From Felis catus (Eukaryota): a stretch of 64,000 nucleotides of DNA. A program made the translations under genes and the position numbers. Below the pieces are notes generated by a model, which saw only the letters and a program-made list of their open reading frames with translations, made no database searches and had not been told where the DNA came from. Numbering within the stretch: the first letter of the stretch is position 1; every line of letters begins with the position of its first letter. Positions 62,241 through 64,000 of the stretch are shown one piece after another. The DNA lies in the NCBI RefSeq assembly GCF_018350175.1, contig NC_058368.1:115942001-116006000 (forward strand), written 5' to 3'.

Positions 62241-63146
62241 TCCACCAGCACTGAAGAGAAAAGGTTAAGTGCAACATTGTGTGGTAGCTATGACCTCACA
62301 TTTTCTTTCAAAGAAGGACAATTTAGTTGAATGAGGAGAATTCACATGCATTAAGCAATTGGAAAACACGCTTACAAAACACAATAGCAACAATCATTCA
62401 TTACCACACGGTAGAATAGCATCTAAGGAGGTGGGGCGAGGGGGAGGTCCTAATCAACATGTAAGGGAAAAACTCAAGTAGACAGACTACTCCAAGATTC
62501 CTGAAACTTGCTCCTAAAGTACAGTTCTATAGACATGGCTTTATAAGGACACAACAGATTCACGTCTCCCTGGGATGTATCCTGAGTCAGAGGAATAGCT
62601 GAGAGTGCCCTTCAAAATTTAAATCCTCTCTCCTCTCTTCTGTTACATAGAGTTGAATGTACTTAATTTTAAAATACTTATGACGTTACCCCAGTGTAAC
62701 ACAAACCTGGAACAGAACATAAATGCTAAGATGACCCAACGTAAAGAACATTAGTAAATTCTTTTTTATAAACACAGCACAGGAGTTCAGTACCTCGGGG
62801 GCACTTCAGCATGTCTCTGTCATGGCATATTCACAATGTCCATTTTTCCTCAGCCACCTTAGCCTACCCTGTGCATGGACACGAATCAGGCCGTCACAAG
62901 CAGAGGAACTTACTCTCTCTTCTAGCTGTCTAAAATCAGTACAGGAATTGAGGGGCTTTTGGAGACAACAGGTGACAGAACTAGGCTGGGATCAAGAAAC
63001 TTAGGAACCACTGCCTGGAAAAGAAAGGTAAAGCCACGAGAGGACAGGAAAGGACAATTAAGAATGTTCTGCTAGAGAACTGAATTCAGAGAAAGAAGGC
63101 AAAAAGTATAGGATGAGAAAAGCTCTCCGCAAAAACCAGTACCCCC

Positions 63147-63330
63147 GGGGCACCTGGGTGGTTCAGTCGGTTGAGTGTCTGACTCTTGATTTTGGCTCAG
63201 GTCATGATCCCAGGATCATAGGATTGATCCCCGCGTCTGACTCTGCACTGGTCTCCCTCTCTCTCTGCTCCTCCCCGGGCTCAGTCTCTCCCTCTTTCAA
63301 GAATAAACTTTTTAAGAGATTATAAAAAAC
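63147..63330 (+). mobile_element. Carnivore SINE
   Basis: Standard head; TSD-like cagtacc. Confidence 0.88.
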
Positions 63331-63615
63331 AAGACAGTACCTCCTGCATATGTCTAGTTCCCGTATTAAGCCAAGTTCAGAAGGGAGCCTGTTCACAAAC
63401 AGAATCATTGTAAGGCTGAAAAAGAAAATAGAAGAGGTTGAAACAGAGCCAGAGCGAGGGTAAGCTGAGTGACACACTCCCCTTGGACACCAAATTTAAG
63501 AGGTAACCCCCAAAACTCAGCAATCAAATAAATGATAGTTTAATGCAATAGTTTAAAAAGCAAATTGGCAAACTAAAGCTGGCCACCAGCTTTGCAAATA
63601 AAGTTTTACTGGAAG

Positions 63616-63790
63616 CAGGGTCAGGTTCAGGGTGAAGTGACTGAAGCGGGGTAGAATTCTACAAGGCAGAATTCTGTCTTGACTTAAAATGTTGACGTTT
63701 TATTCATCGTGGACTTTTTTTTTTTCTTTACTAATTGTCAAGTTTTAAAAAACATTCACTTAAAACATTTATTTTTGGCTCCCCTTAATT
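63616..63790 (+). mobile_element. MER96B-like hAT element (interrupted by SINE; within a MER58-like fragment)
   Basis: cagggtcaggttcagggtgaagtgactgaagc...ctgtcttgacttaaaatgttgacgttttattcatcgtggac...tttttggctccccttaatttt resembles MER96B as recalled. Confidence 0.6.
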
Positions 63791-63993
63791 TTTAAAAAAA
63801 TGTTTATTGTTGAGAGAGGGAGAGCACACATGCACAAGTGAGCGTGACAAAGGAGGGGCAGAGAGAGGGAGAAAGGGAATCCCAAGCCAATAGCGCAGAG
63901 CCAGACATGGGGCTCGAACCGACGAACCATGAGATCCTAACCTGAACCAAAATCAAGAGTCGGACACTTAACTGACTAAGCCTCCCAGGCCCT
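63788..63993 (-). mobile_element. Carnivore SINE
   Basis: Standard reverse body. Confidence 0.88.
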
Positions 63994-64000
63994 CTAAGTT

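Overview
This is mammalian DNA, almost certainly from a felid, because it is dense in carnivore tRNA-derived SINEs including the young cat-type SINEC_Fc sequence. The only protein-coding sequence I can support is coding exon 1 of neuregulin 2 (NRG2) on the minus strand (ATG 27080 to donor GTGAGT at 26341), inside a CpG island. Positions 1-26341 are therefore the 5' part of NRG2 intron 1, and about 27300-64000 is upstream intergenic DNA. The rest is transposon-derived: about 46 carnivore SINEs, many with target-site duplications (TSDs), plus L1, L2, MIR, MaLR/ERV LTRs, hAT MERs and microsatellites. The most interesting signal is the translation layout of exon 1. An out-of-frame AUG 13 nt upstream of the weak-context NRG2 AUG opens a 132-codon overlapping ORF that reads the interrupted AGC/CAG poly-Ser tract as poly-Gln. 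The same tract also gives an antisense, strong-Kozak poly-Leu ORF, and it appears longer than the human tract as I recall it. Repeat family names and boundaries were assigned by eye and are approximate. I found no prokaryote-type system.
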